A program made the position numbers and the translations under genes. Below the pieces are notes generated by a model. The model ran no database searches and was not told the DNA's origin. It saw only the letters and a program-made list of their open reading frames with translations. A stretch of 52,163 nucleotides of DNA from an uncultured Thermoplasmata archaeon (GTDB lineage: Archaea; Thermoplasmatota; Thermoplasmata; Halarchaeoplasmatales; Halarchaeoplasmataceae), in the NCBI GenBank assembly GCA_964398905.1, contig CAYNOV010000001.1, forward strand, positions 1-52,163. Direction: 5' to 3'. Position 1 is the stretch's first letter. Each line of letters starts with the position of its first letter. Of this stretch, positions 37,861-47,970 are shown one piece after another.

Positions 37861-39561
37861 TTACCCTCCTAATACATCCAATAACTGGTCATAAGAACAT
37901 GTGTTCACGATATCATCTTTTTTCAGCCAGGCACGACGCGCGATCGCAACACCATATTTCATGAAATCTAGATGTGTCAGACCGTGAGCATCGGTCCCAA
38001 GTGAAATCGTCACACCTCTTTCCATCGCCTCTCGGGCATTCAGCGAGTCGAGATCGAGTCTCTGTGGAGAAGCATTTATCTCAAGTATCACATCATTTTC
38101 TAAGGCAGCATCGATCAATTCGTTTATATCGACTTCGTAGCCCTCTCTCTCTCCTATCTTCCTTCCGGTCGGATGGGCAAATATATCTATAAGACCGGTT
38201 TCGAACGCCTTAACTATCCTTTCTGTTTGCTCTTTTTCTTCCATATTGAAGTTTGAATGTATCGCACCTAGAACGATATCAAGGTCTTTAAGAGTTGCTT
38301 CATCCATATCGAGTGAACCATCTTTTTTGATATCAACTTCTATTCCTGATAAAATATTTATATTCAGATCATGTTGAGCTTCCTGGATCTCGATTTCCCT
38401 CTGATATATCTCCTCACTGGTCAGACCATCGGCAACGCTCAATCCCTGAGAATGATCTGTTAAAGCTAGATACTCATAACCGATCCTCTGTGCGTCTTTT
38501 GCCATCTCAAAAACTGTATTTTGTCCATCACTCCAATCTGTATGTGACTGAAGATCACCTTTGATATCTTCAAATTTTACAAGTTCTGGTAGTTCACCTT
38601 TTTGGGCGGCTTCGATCTCACCTCTGTTTTCTCTCATCTCAGGAGGGATCCAATCCATACCTAATCTTTCATAGATCTCCTTTTCCGTTTCACCTGCTAT
38701 TTTTTCATCAGTCTCCTTATCAAAAAGGCCGTATTCGTTCAATTTGTAACCCTTATCTATAGCTATCTGTCTCAGTGGAACGTTGTGTTCTTTAGCACCT
38801 GTAAAGTACTGTAACGCAGAACCGAAACTTTCCTCATCAACGACTCTGAGATCGGCCTGTATACCTCCGACCAATCTGACACTAGTTTTTGTTTCACCCT
38901 TTACTAGGACTTCTTCCACTTCTTCATGATCAACGAATTTGTTCATCAACTTTTCAGAGTCGCCAGTAGCTAATATATCGATATCTCCGATAGTTTCTTT
39001 CCACCTTCTCAAGCTCCCGGCCTTTTCGATCCTCACAGCTTCATCTTCAAGGTATTCTATGATGTCCTCTGAAACAGGTATGACTTCATTAAGAAGATGT
39101 CGTCCAGAGATCTCTTCAAGCATCTCTATTCCATCGATTATCTTCTCTTCAGTTTTCTGTCCGAAACCCTTTATATCTCTTATTTTTTGTTCCTCAGCTT
39201 TCCTTTTCAAAGAGTCAAGATCATTAACACCCAGCTCATCATGAAGTTTTTTAGCACTTTTTGGACCGATGCCAGGTACTTTCATGACCTCAACTAGACC
39301 TTCTGGTAATTCCTCATGGAGTTCATCAAGATATTCCAAAGAACCGGTTTCGATTATCTCCTTTATCTTCTTCTCCATCGCATCACCGACACCCTCTATA
39401 TCTTTGATAGAGTCTTCCTCATAATAATCCGAAATATCTTTCTTCATCGATTCTATCTTTCTCGCGGCCTTTCGGTAAGCACGAGGTTTGAAATCGACCC
39501 CTTTCAACTCTAGAAGATCAGCGATCTCGTTGAACATCTGAGAAATCTTTTTATTGATCAT
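37861..39561 (-). CDS. polX: Family X DNA polymerase with C-terminal PHP domain
   Basis: N-terminal HhH: FKPRAYRKAA, PGIGPKSAKKL. Catalytic GSLRRWKETIGDIDILATGD. PHP motifs: SHTDWSDG, LALTDHS, AHP, LGTDAH. It lies 3 nt upstream of ligA on the same strand. Confidence 0.9.
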   Translation of the reverse strand: MINKKISQMFNEIADLLELKGVDFKPRAYRKAARKIESMKKDISDYYEEDSIKDIEGVGDAMEKKIKEIIETGSLEYLDELHEELPEGLVEVMKVPGIGPKSAKKLHDELGVNDLDSLKRKAEEQKIRDIKGFGQKTEEKIIDGIEMLEEISGRHLLNEVIPVSEDIIEYLEDEAVRIEKAGSLRRWKETIGDIDILATGDSEKLMNKFVDHEEVEEVLVKGETKTSVRLVGGIQADLRVVDEESFGSALQYFTGAKEHNVPLRQIAIDKGYKLNEYGLFDKETDEKIAGETEKEIYERLGMDWIPPEMRENRGEIEAAQKGELPELVKFEDIKGDLQSHTDWSDGQNTVFEMAKDAQRIGYEYLALTDHSQGLSVADGLTSEEIYQREIEIQEAQHDLNINILSGIEVDIKKDGSLDMDEATLKDLDIVLGAIHSNFNMEEKEQTERIVKAFETGLIDIFAHPTGRKIGEREGYEVDINELIDAALENDVILEINASPQRLDLDSLNAREAMERGVTISLGTDAHGLTHLDFMKYGVAIARRAWLKKDDIVNTCSYDQLLDVLGG

Positions 39562-39658
39562 AATGAGGGAATGTTAGGCAAGGATTATAATATTTTTTGA
39601 GAGTACACTGAGATAAATCGTGATAAGGTTGAAATAATAAGAAGAAAAATCAATTATC

Positions 39659-42600
39659 ATGCCCCAAAAAATACTAAAGATCATTTCTATAATTTTATTC
39701 TTTATCTTGATCGTTTCAGTTTTTTCCGTTATCACAGTTCATGGTATACAAAACCCAGATGGAGTTCTAGATGAGATAATATTGGTCAGAGATACCGAAA
39801 TCAAAGATGATATGCCTGATTTAGAAATGATCGATGAATACGGACAGTATTCTCTGATAAGAACTAATGAAAGAGGGATAAGTGAACTAAAAAATAAAGG
39901 AATAGATGTAAATGAATTGCCTTCTAGAACTGAGATATCAGTAAAAGGACACACCTTTGATATCTTCGAGGAAGAACCAGATCTAGAACCTGAACTGACG
40001 ATAGAAGATTATGGATCGGGTGAAGAAGGTCTCTATATCGTGCATATGCTGGGACCGATAAATCCCGGATGGATCGAAACTATCGAAGAAAAAGGTGTTG
40101 AGATAATAAATTACGTTCCCAATTATGCTTATGAAGTTAAGATGACACCAGAGAAGGCAGGAGATATAGAAGATCTATCTTTTGTAGATTGGGTCGGAAT
40201 TTATCAGCCGGGCTTCAAGTTATCTGAAGATATAGAATTAGGGCATGTTGAAATAAGACTGACGGAGAGAGTAGAAAAAGAATTTTTAATGAAGATGAGC
40301 TCAAAGATCGATCCTGTAGATTTCCATGAAATATCGTTTTGGGGGGATAGGATATTCACTGAGGTAAGAGACGAGAAGGATTTGATAAAAATAGCTAGGA
40401 TGCCCGAAGTCTATTACATCTCGAACCGAGCTGAAAACAAGCTATTGGATGAAGTCGCAACTCAGATCATCGGTGGAGGTTCATGGATATGGGATCCTGA
40501 TGATGATCCTTATAACCCTTGGCGAGGGTCTGAAGATGAATTCGATTTCGGAGCTCACCTAAATCATCTCGGTTATACCGGGGAAGGTATTACGGTTGCG
40601 GTTGCAGATACAGGGATAAATCCTGATCATCTAGATTTTCAAGACAGAGTGATAGGAGGATATCATTGGGAAGGAGATACTTGGGAAGATGATCACGGAC
40701 ACGGTTCTCACGTCACTGGATCCATTGCCGGAAATACATATAATGGGACAGGCACCACTCTAGACCAATTTGGTAGTATAGAAGAATTAGGATCTTACTA
40801 CGCAGCTCAAGGGCCTGCATACGAGTCAGAACTCTTCGCACAAAAGATATTCGATTCTAGCGGAAATTGGATCGGCCCTGGTGATTATTTTGATATCCTT
40901 CAAAAAGCTAGTGAAAACTCCGAAGCATATATTCATTCTAATTCTTGGGGAGATGACGATAACCCTGGAGAATATCTTAAAAGTTCTCAAGATTACGACG
41001 AAGGAGTCCGTGATTCTGATAGGGATAGTGAAGAGAACCGTCCTATGGTGATCGTGGTAGCTGCAGGTAATGAAGGTGACGACTACAATACTATCGGTGC
41101 CCCAGCGACTGCAAAAAATGTGATCGCCGTAGGATCGACTGAGAATTTTATGCCCGATCATGGACGAAATAATCCCGATATGGTCTCCAGTTTCAGTTCT
41201 CGAGGTTGGACAGACGATAATAGAGTAAAACCTGATCTCGTAGCTCCTGGTGAAGCCGTATATTCAACGGGTCATGATTCCGACACCCATTATTATGCTA
41301 GTCAGGGTACCTCTATGTCAGCTCCAGCCGTTTCAGGCGCAGCCTCTATCGTCGTAGAATGGTATGAAGATGAATTTGGTGAGAAACCCAGCCCGGCTAT
41401 GGTGAGAGCTTTACTGATCAATACTGCCTACGACCTTGATGATGAAAATGGCAATACCGGTCCGATTCCAAACAGGGATGAAGGATGGGGTATGGTCAAT
41501 CTTCCTGCGTTGATGGACACACCGTTCAATTTCGAATTACACGACCAAGATTCACTCCTAACAACTGGAGAACAGGACGAATATGAGATCGTATATGATG
41601 ATGAGAACGAACCTTTGAAGATCACTCTTACATGGACCGATAAGGAAGCGCAGGAAGGAGATCTTTGGACTTTAAAAAATAATCTCGACTTAGAGTTAGA
41701 GACGCCGAGCGGAGAATTGATACAAGGCAATGCTTTCGATCTATCGGGCGATGGTGAAAGCGATGACGGTTTCACTTATCCAAGCGCTGAAGTCCTAGGT
41801 GACTTCGATACGAGTGGAGACGGTTGGGACGACGTTAACAACGTTCAAAACATCTACATCCCTCACGATGACCTTGAACAGGGGGCCTATACGGTACGAG
41901 TTATCGGACGCGATATAACCTCTGACTCCAATAATGATGGATTATTTAACCAAGATTATTCACTCGTCACTCAAAATTCTTTGAGACCCGAACCTCAACC
42001 TCCTTCAAATCCAGAACCTGAAGATTCTGCCATCGGTGTTCAAACGGACGTGGAATTGAGTGTCCAAGTCGAACATGGGCTTGAAGAGCCGATGGATGTC
42101 GATTTCTTCGATGCTTCCGACGACGAGTTGATAGGTACCGATGAAGATGTCGAAAGTGGAGACCGAGCATATACATCATGGGAAAACTTGGCTTACGAGA
42201 CCGACTATGGCTGGTATGCCATCGCCTACGATGACGAAGATAACGCCAGTTCAGATACATGGACATTTACCACGGTACCTGAATCCTACTTCCATGTCAA
42301 AATAATAGAGCCTGAAGATGAAGAAGAATTTGTAGAAAATGATGAGATCAACGTCGATTATAAGATCCAAAACATCGGAGATGAAGAGGATATACAAGAT
42401 ATAGATTTCGCTGTTTATGATGAGTCCGATGAAGAGATCCATTCAGAGACTAAAGAAGATATCCAACTCGGAAGCGACGAAATCCATGATGAAACGTTCG
42501 GATGGATCCCCGAAGAAACTGGAGAATACGATCTAGAGGTCACGACTGAAGATGACAGCGATTCGGTGAGTGTGAATGTCATCGCAGATTCCTTTTTTGA

Positions 42601-43885
42601 ACTTAGGATACTGAATGTGGATAGAGAAGTCGTGGAAGGAGACGATGTTCTTATCGAGTATAGAGTAGAGAACACAGGCGGTATCATCGACACTCAAACA
42701 ATAAACTTCACTGTCGATGGAGAACTTATAGATGAAAAGGAGATGACTGTCTCCGAACAAGATTTTGAGGACGGTGAATTCATATGGCAGACGGAGGAAA
42801 GCGATGCCGGAAGATATGAAATAGGAGTTTCTAGTGATGACGACGAAGATGATGCACGTGTGAGAGTTTATGAAGCCGATGTTTTTGCTATCGATGTAGA
42901 GTTAAGAGATAGAGATCTTTACACAGGTGAAGAAATCGTCGTAAACTACTCTGTCATGAATACTAAAGATTACAGCGATACCCAAGATATAAGATTTACA
43001 GTTAATGATGAGTTGAAAGAGAAGGTTCATTATGATATTGAAGAAGATCTATCATTAGGGTCTAGAGAATCTTATGAAGGTGAATTCACTTGGATTACGG
43101 AAAATACAGGAAATTACGAGATAAAAATTTCAAGTGAAGACGATAACCAGACAAATAGGATACGGATCTGGAAGCCAGATTCTTTTTCTATTATCGTTCA
43201 ACTTCGCGGAAGACATGAAGATGATATCGTACTCGAAGGCTACGAAGTAAAGGTGGAATACACGGTCAGAAATACAAAGGATGAAACCGATACTCAAGAT
43301 ATAATATTTTATGTCGATGATGAATTGATCGAAGCAGACGAAGAAGTTACTCTCGAAGAGGGGGAGGAACAAAGGGATGAATTCTACTGGACAGTAGAAA
43401 GCCCCTTTGGAGAGAGAGTATTGTCTGTCTCATCCGATGATGATTCTGCCCAAGTGATCCTAGAAGTTTTCGAAGGACCATATTTTGAAGTGGAGATAGA
43501 TAGACCTGAAGAAGGACAATCATTTCATCCTGATGAGGAGATCATCGTTGAGTTCACTATCACGAACACTGGTGACCTTGAAGCAGAACAATATATCAGC
43601 ATTTCTTTAGATGGTGAAACTATTGAAGAGATAACTTTGAAGTTAGGACCGGGGGATACTGAAGACCTTAGAGTTGAATTCTTTGCTGAAGAAAATAGAG
43701 ATCAACATCGGATAAGTGTGGTCAGTCAAGATGATCATGAAACAGTCAACATCAACGTAGAAACTGAAGAAGACGAAGATCTAGAGATACCAGGCTTTAC
43801 ATATTTTCATCTGCTTCTCAGTATTTTTGTAGCGCTCTTTATCCATATAACGATAAAGAAAAAGGTAGGAAACGATGATCATTGA
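39659..43885 (+). CDS. Secreted/cell-surface subtilisin-like (S8) serine protease with propeptide-like N-domains, five CARDB-like repeats and a PGF-CTERM-like anchor
   Basis: Signal peptide: MPQKILKIISIILFFILIVSVFSVITVHG. Triad contexts: VAVADTGI (about 40600), HGHGSHVTG (about 40700), GTSMSAPAVSGAAS (about 41310). C-terminal EIPGFTYFHLLLSIFVALFIHITIKKK (PGF at 43790..43798). Confidence 0.85.
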   Translation: MPQKILKIISIILFFILIVSVFSVITVHGIQNPDGVLDEIILVRDTEIKDDMPDLEMIDEYGQYSLIRTNERGISELKNKGIDVNELPSRTEISVKGHTFDIFEEEPDLEPELTIEDYGSGEEGLYIVHMLGPINPGWIETIEEKGVEIINYVPNYAYEVKMTPEKAGDIEDLSFVDWVGIYQPGFKLSEDIELGHVEIRLTERVEKEFLMKMSSKIDPVDFHEISFWGDRIFTEVRDEKDLIKIARMPEVYYISNRAENKLLDEVATQIIGGGSWIWDPDDDPYNPWRGSEDEFDFGAHLNHLGYTGEGITVAVADTGINPDHLDFQDRVIGGYHWEGDTWEDDHGHGSHVTGSIAGNTYNGTGTTLDQFGSIEELGSYYAAQGPAYESELFAQKIFDSSGNWIGPGDYFDILQKASENSEAYIHSNSWGDDDNPGEYLKSSQDYDEGVRDSDRDSEENRPMVIVVAAGNEGDDYNTIGAPATAKNVIAVGSTENFMPDHGRNNPDMVSSFSSRGWTDDNRVKPDLVAPGEAVYSTGHDSDTHYYASQGTSMSAPAVSGAASIVVEWYEDEFGEKPSPAMVRALLINTAYDLDDENGNTGPIPNRDEGWGMVNLPALMDTPFNFELHDQDSLLTTGEQDEYEIVYDDENEPLKITLTWTDKEAQEGDLWTLKNNLDLELETPSGELIQGNAFDLSGDGESDDGFTYPSAEVLGDFDTSGDGWDDVNNVQNIYIPHDDLEQGAYTVRVIGRDITSDSNNDGLFNQDYSLVTQNSLRPEPQPPSNPEPEDSAIGVQTDVELSVQVEHGLEEPMDVDFFDASDDELIGTDEDVESGDRAYTSWENLAYETDYGWYAIAYDDEDNASSDTWTFTTVPESYFHVKIIEPEDEEEFVENDEINVDYKIQNIGDEEDIQDIDFAVYDESDEEIHSETKEDIQLGSDEIHDETFGWIPEETGEYDLEVTTEDDSDSVSVNVIADSFFELRILNVDREVVEGDDVLIEYRVENTGGIIDTQTINFTVDGELIDEKEMTVSEQDFEDGEFIWQTEESDAGRYEIGVSSDDDEDDARVRVYEADVFAIDVELRDRDLYTGEEIVVNYSVMNTKDYSDTQDIRFTVNDELKEKVHYDIEEDLSLGSRESYEGEFTWITENTGNYEIKISSEDDNQTNRIRIWKPDSFSIIVQLRGRHEDDIVLEGYEVKVEYTVRNTKDETDTQDIIFYVDDELIEADEEVTLEEGEEQRDEFYWTVESPFGERVLSVSSDDDSAQVILEVFEGPYFEVEIDRPEEGQSFHPDEEIIVEFTITNTGDLEAEQYISISLDGETIEEITLKLGPGDTEDLRVEFFAEENRDQHRISVVSQDDHETVNINVETEEDEDLEIPGFTYFHLLLSIFVALFIHITIKKKVGNDDH
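42287..43759 (+). repeat. Five tandem ~95-100-aa CARDB-like beta-sandwich repeats inside the protease gene
   Basis: Each unit runs from [YF]F.[VL].I to the pattern V.Y.V.NTG...TQ.I.F.VD.E......L.....E..F.W......G.Y.I.V.S.DD. Example: VLIEYRVENTGGIIDTQTINFTVDGELI...GRYEIGVSSDDDED. Confidence 0.7.
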
Positions 43886-43894
43886 TCGAGATAT

Positions 43895-45103
43895 TCAACC
43901 CAACCAGTCAGCTTCGATCTTCTCCAGTTGATCGATGACTCGGTCTCTTATCTCTTCGGGCTCGGGATAATCTACTATGATCTCACCTTCCTCCATGACT
44001 TTCTCCAGCATAGGCTCCATCATCTCTCCACATCTACATCTTGAATCTATCTCCTCATCCCAAGGCTTGTTTTGGTAAGACAAACATTCTGGACATCGAT
44101 AAACTTGTTTCTTACCGCTGAATTTACCTCTTTTAGCGACCATCTCGCCCTCTTTTTCCACTATATCCATTGCATAGTTCACGGTCCTAGCATTCGAGAT
44201 AGAAGTGCCAACACCGAAAGAATCCACCCCAGCTTTCTTCAGCTTCGGTATGTAGTATTCATCCATACCGCCCGAACAAATTATCTTTGTTTCTACGCCT
44301 CTTCTTTCGAGTTCCCATCGGACCTCTTGAGCTATCTTACCTAGGTCTCCTCTTCTAGAGGAAGGGGTATCTAACCTAACGCCGAATAGGTCTTCACCCA
44401 TCGTTTCAGAGGCGATAATAGATTCTTCAACCTCGTCATAATACGTATCTACTAATGCTATCCGAGATATTTCCTCAGGTAAAGCCTCGTCGAATGCTTT
44501 GAATGCCTTTCCGGGTTCGTCAAAAATTATTGTCAATGCATGAGGCATAGTTCCCTGAGGTTCAACACCGACTTCTTCAGCTCCAGCGATGCAGGAGATA
44601 CCGTCGCATCCGCCGATGTAAGCGGCTCTATCTATAACAGGAGCGATCCCAGGATGCATACGCCTTATACCAAAAGACATTATAGTGCTATCACCAGCGA
44701 CTTTTTTAGTTCTAGCAGCTTTTGTAGACACACCAGAAGGATGACAGATGAATCCTAGGATAGGAGTTTCGTAAATACAAAATTCTTTATAAGGGCCTTC
44801 TATGAAAAAGATAGGGGTCAGAACTCCGTTTTCTCCTTCAGGTCTAAATATAGTTCCTTCGGGCATTGAATAGATATCGATATCCTTTCCCTCTAGTAGA
44901 GTCAAGACTTCATCTAAACCAGAAAAAACGGCCCATCTCCAATCTTTGGGTAAAGATGATGCGGTAAATTCAGCAACGACGTTTTCATCACCAACGCCTT
45001 CACTATCAAAAATATCCATGGTATTTTCAAAATATATATCAGTGGTCTTTCCCTCTCTGATATCTTTTTCCGTAGCTAGATGAAAATCTTTCTTTACATT
45101 CAT
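43895..45103 (-). CDS. Nicotinate phosphoribosyltransferase (archaeal type, with C-terminal zinc-ribbon)
   Basis: TDIYFENTMDIF, FGIRRMHP, GTMPHAL, VRLDTPSSRRGD, plus YRCPECLSYQ...CRCGE. Confidence 0.8.
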   Translation of the reverse strand: MNVKKDFHLATEKDIREGKTTDIYFENTMDIFDSEGVGDENVVAEFTASSLPKDWRWAVFSGLDEVLTLLEGKDIDIYSMPEGTIFRPEGENGVLTPIFFIEGPYKEFCIYETPILGFICHPSGVSTKAARTKKVAGDSTIMSFGIRRMHPGIAPVIDRAAYIGGCDGISCIAGAEEVGVEPQGTMPHALTIIFDEPGKAFKAFDEALPEEISRIALVDTYYDEVEESIIASETMGEDLFGVRLDTPSSRRGDLGKIAQEVRWELERRGVETKIICSGGMDEYYIPKLKKAGVDSFGVGTSISNARTVNYAMDIVEKEGEMVAKRGKFSGKKQVYRCPECLSYQNKPWDEEIDSRCRCGEMMEPMLEKVMEEGEIIVDYPEPEEIRDRVIDQLEKIEADWLG

Positions 45104-45170
45104 ATATCCTTTTAAAAAAGGTATATTTATTAGTGTTTCGGTCGATCGCTCTCAATAAGGAAAACTAAAA

Positions 45171-45764
45171 TCATTCCGGCAGTTCTAGATGATCATTCAC
45201 GATCTCCTTTATCTTACTCCCTTCTTCTTCGTGCTCGATCTTTATCAGAGAAAGCAAGAACTTGATCTGTAAAAGTGAAAAATAATCTAACTCATCGTCA
45301 TCATCCATAATGGAAAGAACTTCATTATTTATCTCCTGATCAAGGTGTTGAAGCGATCTACATAGCTGCGTAAAAGTCTTTCTTTCCTCATCTATCTTAT
45401 ACCCTAAATCTTTTAAAAAATCTAGACATTCTTCGACTTTTTCATCGTCCCACCTGATACCGATAACCGAGGATATGTCGGAATTGAGGGGTTCAGGTGT
45501 CATCAAAAACACTTCAGCCGTCCTTCCGTAAATCCTTTCAGGTATATGATGTTCTCTTCTCTCGCCTTTCACCTCCACAAATCCGGCCTCTTCCAATTTT
45601 TTTATATGCCTATAGATGGTCGATTGGTCCTTCTCCAAGGCCTCTGATATCTGAGAGATCGCCATATTTTTAACTCTTAAAAGGTCTAATATCTGTCTTC
45701 TTGTTTTTTCAAGACCGACCTTCAAGGTCTCTGAATCTTCGAAAAATCTCACTTTAGGACTCAT
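45171..45764 (-). CDS. ArsR-family winged-helix transcriptional regulator with uncharacterised C-terminal domain
   Basis: TRRQILDLLRVKNMAISQISEALEKDQSTIYRHIKKLEEAGFVEV. Confidence 0.7.
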   Translation of the reverse strand: MSPKVRFFEDSETLKVGLEKTRRQILDLLRVKNMAISQISEALEKDQSTIYRHIKKLEEAGFVEVKGERREHHIPERIYGRTAEVFLMTPEPLNSDISSVIGIRWDDEKVEECLDFLKDLGYKIDEERKTFTQLCRSLQHLDQEINNEVLSIMDDDDELDYFSLLQIKFLLSLIKIEHEEEGSKIKEIVNDHLELPE

Positions 45765-45854
45765 ATTCCGAGAACCATCGTATTTTTTTTATTAATATTA
45801 ACAAAGATAGGTGATATATAACTTGGGGGTATCTATCTATTAAGCAGGACATCT

Positions 45855-46091
45855 TCACCCTACTTCTATTTCATCATCATCTTCAGTTATCTCCTTTATC
45901 TTTCCTTCAGCCTCTTCTAGCTTCTCTTCACAGTATTCGATCAATTCCGTCCCTTGTTGATAAAGGTCGATAGCTCTCTCTAAAGGGACTTTATTCCGTT
46001 CTAGTTTTTTATTTATCTTTTCCAGCCTTTCAAGGGCTTGTTCGAACCCCAACTCTTCAATATCTTCTATTTCCTCAAATTCTTCTGACAT
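45855..46091 (-). CDS. xseB: Exodeoxyribonuclease VII small subunit
   Basis: 78 aa. FEQALERLEKINKKLERNKVPLERAIDLYQQGTELIEYCEEKL. Its start overlaps the xseA 3' end by 25 nt. Confidence 0.8.
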   Translation of the reverse strand: MSEEFEEIEDIEELGFEQALERLEKINKKLERNKVPLERAIDLYQQGTELIEYCEEKLEEAEGKIKEITEDDDEIEVG

Positions 46092-47320
46092 CTTTCAACC
46101 TCCTTTACTTTCGATTTTATCTCTCCATCAACGAGATTTATAGATAACAGATCTTCTTTCTCGACTTCTTCAACGCTAGAAACCACTCGTTTCTCTTCAT
46201 CCATAACGATAGAATACCCTCTCTTCATAGTTTGTATTGGACTCAGCGCGTTCAATCTATCCTTTTTACTTTTTAGATTTTCCTCATACCTCTCCAGATA
46301 TCTCTCCAATGTGACTTCTAGTCTATCTGTATTTTCATCGAGCTTCTGAAATCTATCTTCAAGCATCCTATAAGGATCCTGAAAAACTGGACTTTTACCT
46401 AGACTGTCAAGCTTTTCCTTATAGTTTCTGATGATGTTCTCTAAAGCTGTTTCAACACGCCTGTTCTGTTCTCTTATCTTTTGCTTCACTTCAGATTTTA
46501 TAGGAACGACCAGTTCTGCAGCTCCTGTTGGTGTTGGCGCTCTCTTATCTGCGACAAAATCTGATATCAAAAAATCAGTTTCGTGTCCTACAGCGGAAAC
46601 TATAGGGGTCTTTGCCTCAAAGATGGTCCTAGCTACGATCTCCTCGTTAAAACTCCACAAGTCTTCTATGGACCCTCCTCCTCTACCTATGATTATCACA
46701 TCTACGTCATCTCTATCCAACTTCTTGATAGATTCAGAGATCTCTTCCGCGGCCTCTTCACCCTGTACCTTCGCTGGAGCTATCAAAACCTCGATGTTTT
46801 CAAATCTATCTTTCAATACTCTCAGCATGTCTTCAAGTGCGGCTCCTTCTCCAGAAGTCACTATGCCTATCCTCTTGGGCAGATAGGGTAGGTCCTTCTT
46901 GTGGATTTCGTCGAACAGACCTTCTTCAGACAACTTTTCTTTCAGTTTTTCATAGGCCAAGTAGAGTTCTCCGATACCGCCCACCTTCATCTCTTTGACC
47001 ACTATCTGATATCTACCTCGATTAACGTAAAGTGTGATATCTCCTTTACAGAGTACTTCCATCCCTTCCTCGGGTTCAAAATCAAGATCCTTATTGCTAG
47101 ATCTGAACATCACGCTGTTTATCTCGCTGTTATCGTCCTTCAAGACGAAATACATGTGTCTACCTTTATGATGTTTGAAGTTTGATATCTCTCCTTTCAC
47201 CCAAACATCCTGTATCTCGTCTTCTCGTTCCAGCAAAGACTTTACGAAATGGTTCAGTCCAGATACAGAATATATCTTTTGATCTAGTCCTTTTTCGATC
47301 TTATCGAGTTCCTTTTCCAT
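46067..47320 (-). CDS. xseA: Exodeoxyribonuclease VII large subunit
   Basis: N-terminal OB fold: YSVSGLNHFVKSLLE...VWVKGEISNFKHHKGRHMYFVLKDDNSEINSVMF. Catalytic core: IIIGRGGGSIEDLWSFNEE, VSAVGHETD. Confidence 0.9.
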   Translation of the reverse strand: MEKELDKIEKGLDQKIYSVSGLNHFVKSLLEREDEIQDVWVKGEISNFKHHKGRHMYFVLKDDNSEINSVMFRSSNKDLDFEPEEGMEVLCKGDITLYVNRGRYQIVVKEMKVGGIGELYLAYEKLKEKLSEEGLFDEIHKKDLPYLPKRIGIVTSGEGAALEDMLRVLKDRFENIEVLIAPAKVQGEEAAEEISESIKKLDRDDVDVIIIGRGGGSIEDLWSFNEEIVARTIFEAKTPIVSAVGHETDFLISDFVADKRAPTPTGAAELVVPIKSEVKQKIREQNRRVETALENIIRNYKEKLDSLGKSPVFQDPYRMLEDRFQKLDENTDRLEVTLERYLERYEENLKSKKDRLNALSPIQTMKRGYSIVMDEEKRVVSSVEEVEKEDLLSINLVDGEIKSKVKEVERCQKNLRK

Positions 47321-47414
47321 CCGATCAGCTATAAAGTAGTAAATATTTAAAATTGTGGAAGAGGGATGGTCGAAAGTGGGAAAATACTAATATCTTTAAG
47401 ATAACTCCGTATTT

Positions 47415-47930
47415 ATGTCGATAGCACTCTCTGGAACTCCAGGTGTTGGAAAAACTACAGTATCAAAGATCCTAAAAAAAAGAGGATACGACATCCTAGA
47501 TCTGAACAGATTCCTTAAAGAAAAAGACCTCCTTGGAAAGAAAGATATCCATAGGGACACTTTTGAAGTGGATCTCGAACGGATGAAAAAGGTATTTGAA
47601 AAGGAAAACTTAAAGGTAGATATAATAGAGGGACACCTATCCCATCATCTATCCGTTTCCACCGCAGTAGTTTTGAGGTGTGCCCCACCAGTACTTAAGG
47701 AAAGGATGAAAAGTAAGGGATGGAAAAAAGAGAAGATAGAAGAGAACGTCGAAGCTGAGATGATAGATGCTATACTTATTCAAGCCATGGAAACCAGTGA
47801 AGAAGTTTTTGAGATAGATACTACCGAACTCGAGCCTTCTCAGGTGGCATCCTCTGTAGAGGATATAATCGGAGGAAAAACAGAAGGATACGAACCCGGA
47901 ACCGTCGATTGGAGCGATGAACTGCTCTAG
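47415..47930 (+). CDS. Fap7/AK6-type adenylate kinase-like NTPase (ribosome maturation)
   Basis: 171 aa. P-loop IALSGTPGVGKTTVSKIL. Size and layout match archaeal Fap7. Confidence 0.7.
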   Translation: MSIALSGTPGVGKTTVSKILKKRGYDILDLNRFLKEKDLLGKKDIHRDTFEVDLERMKKVFEKENLKVDIIEGHLSHHLSVSTAVVLRCAPPVLKERMKSKGWKKEKIEENVEAEMIDAILIQAMETSEEVFEIDTTELEPSQVASSVEDIIGGKTEGYEPGTVDWSDELL

Positions 47931-47970
47931 AAGGGATAGATTTTATTACTCGGATATATTAAAGGATACG

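Noticed and set aside
38524-38562. PolX PHP motif I reads DLQSHTDWSDG (Q-x-H instead of H-x-H), considered as a possible loss of 3'-5' exonuclease or AP-processing activity
   Set aside because: This is a single-residue inference from memory of the motif. I believe Gln-containing variants occur in active PolX enzymes, and the other PHP motifs look intact. It is not strong enough to report.
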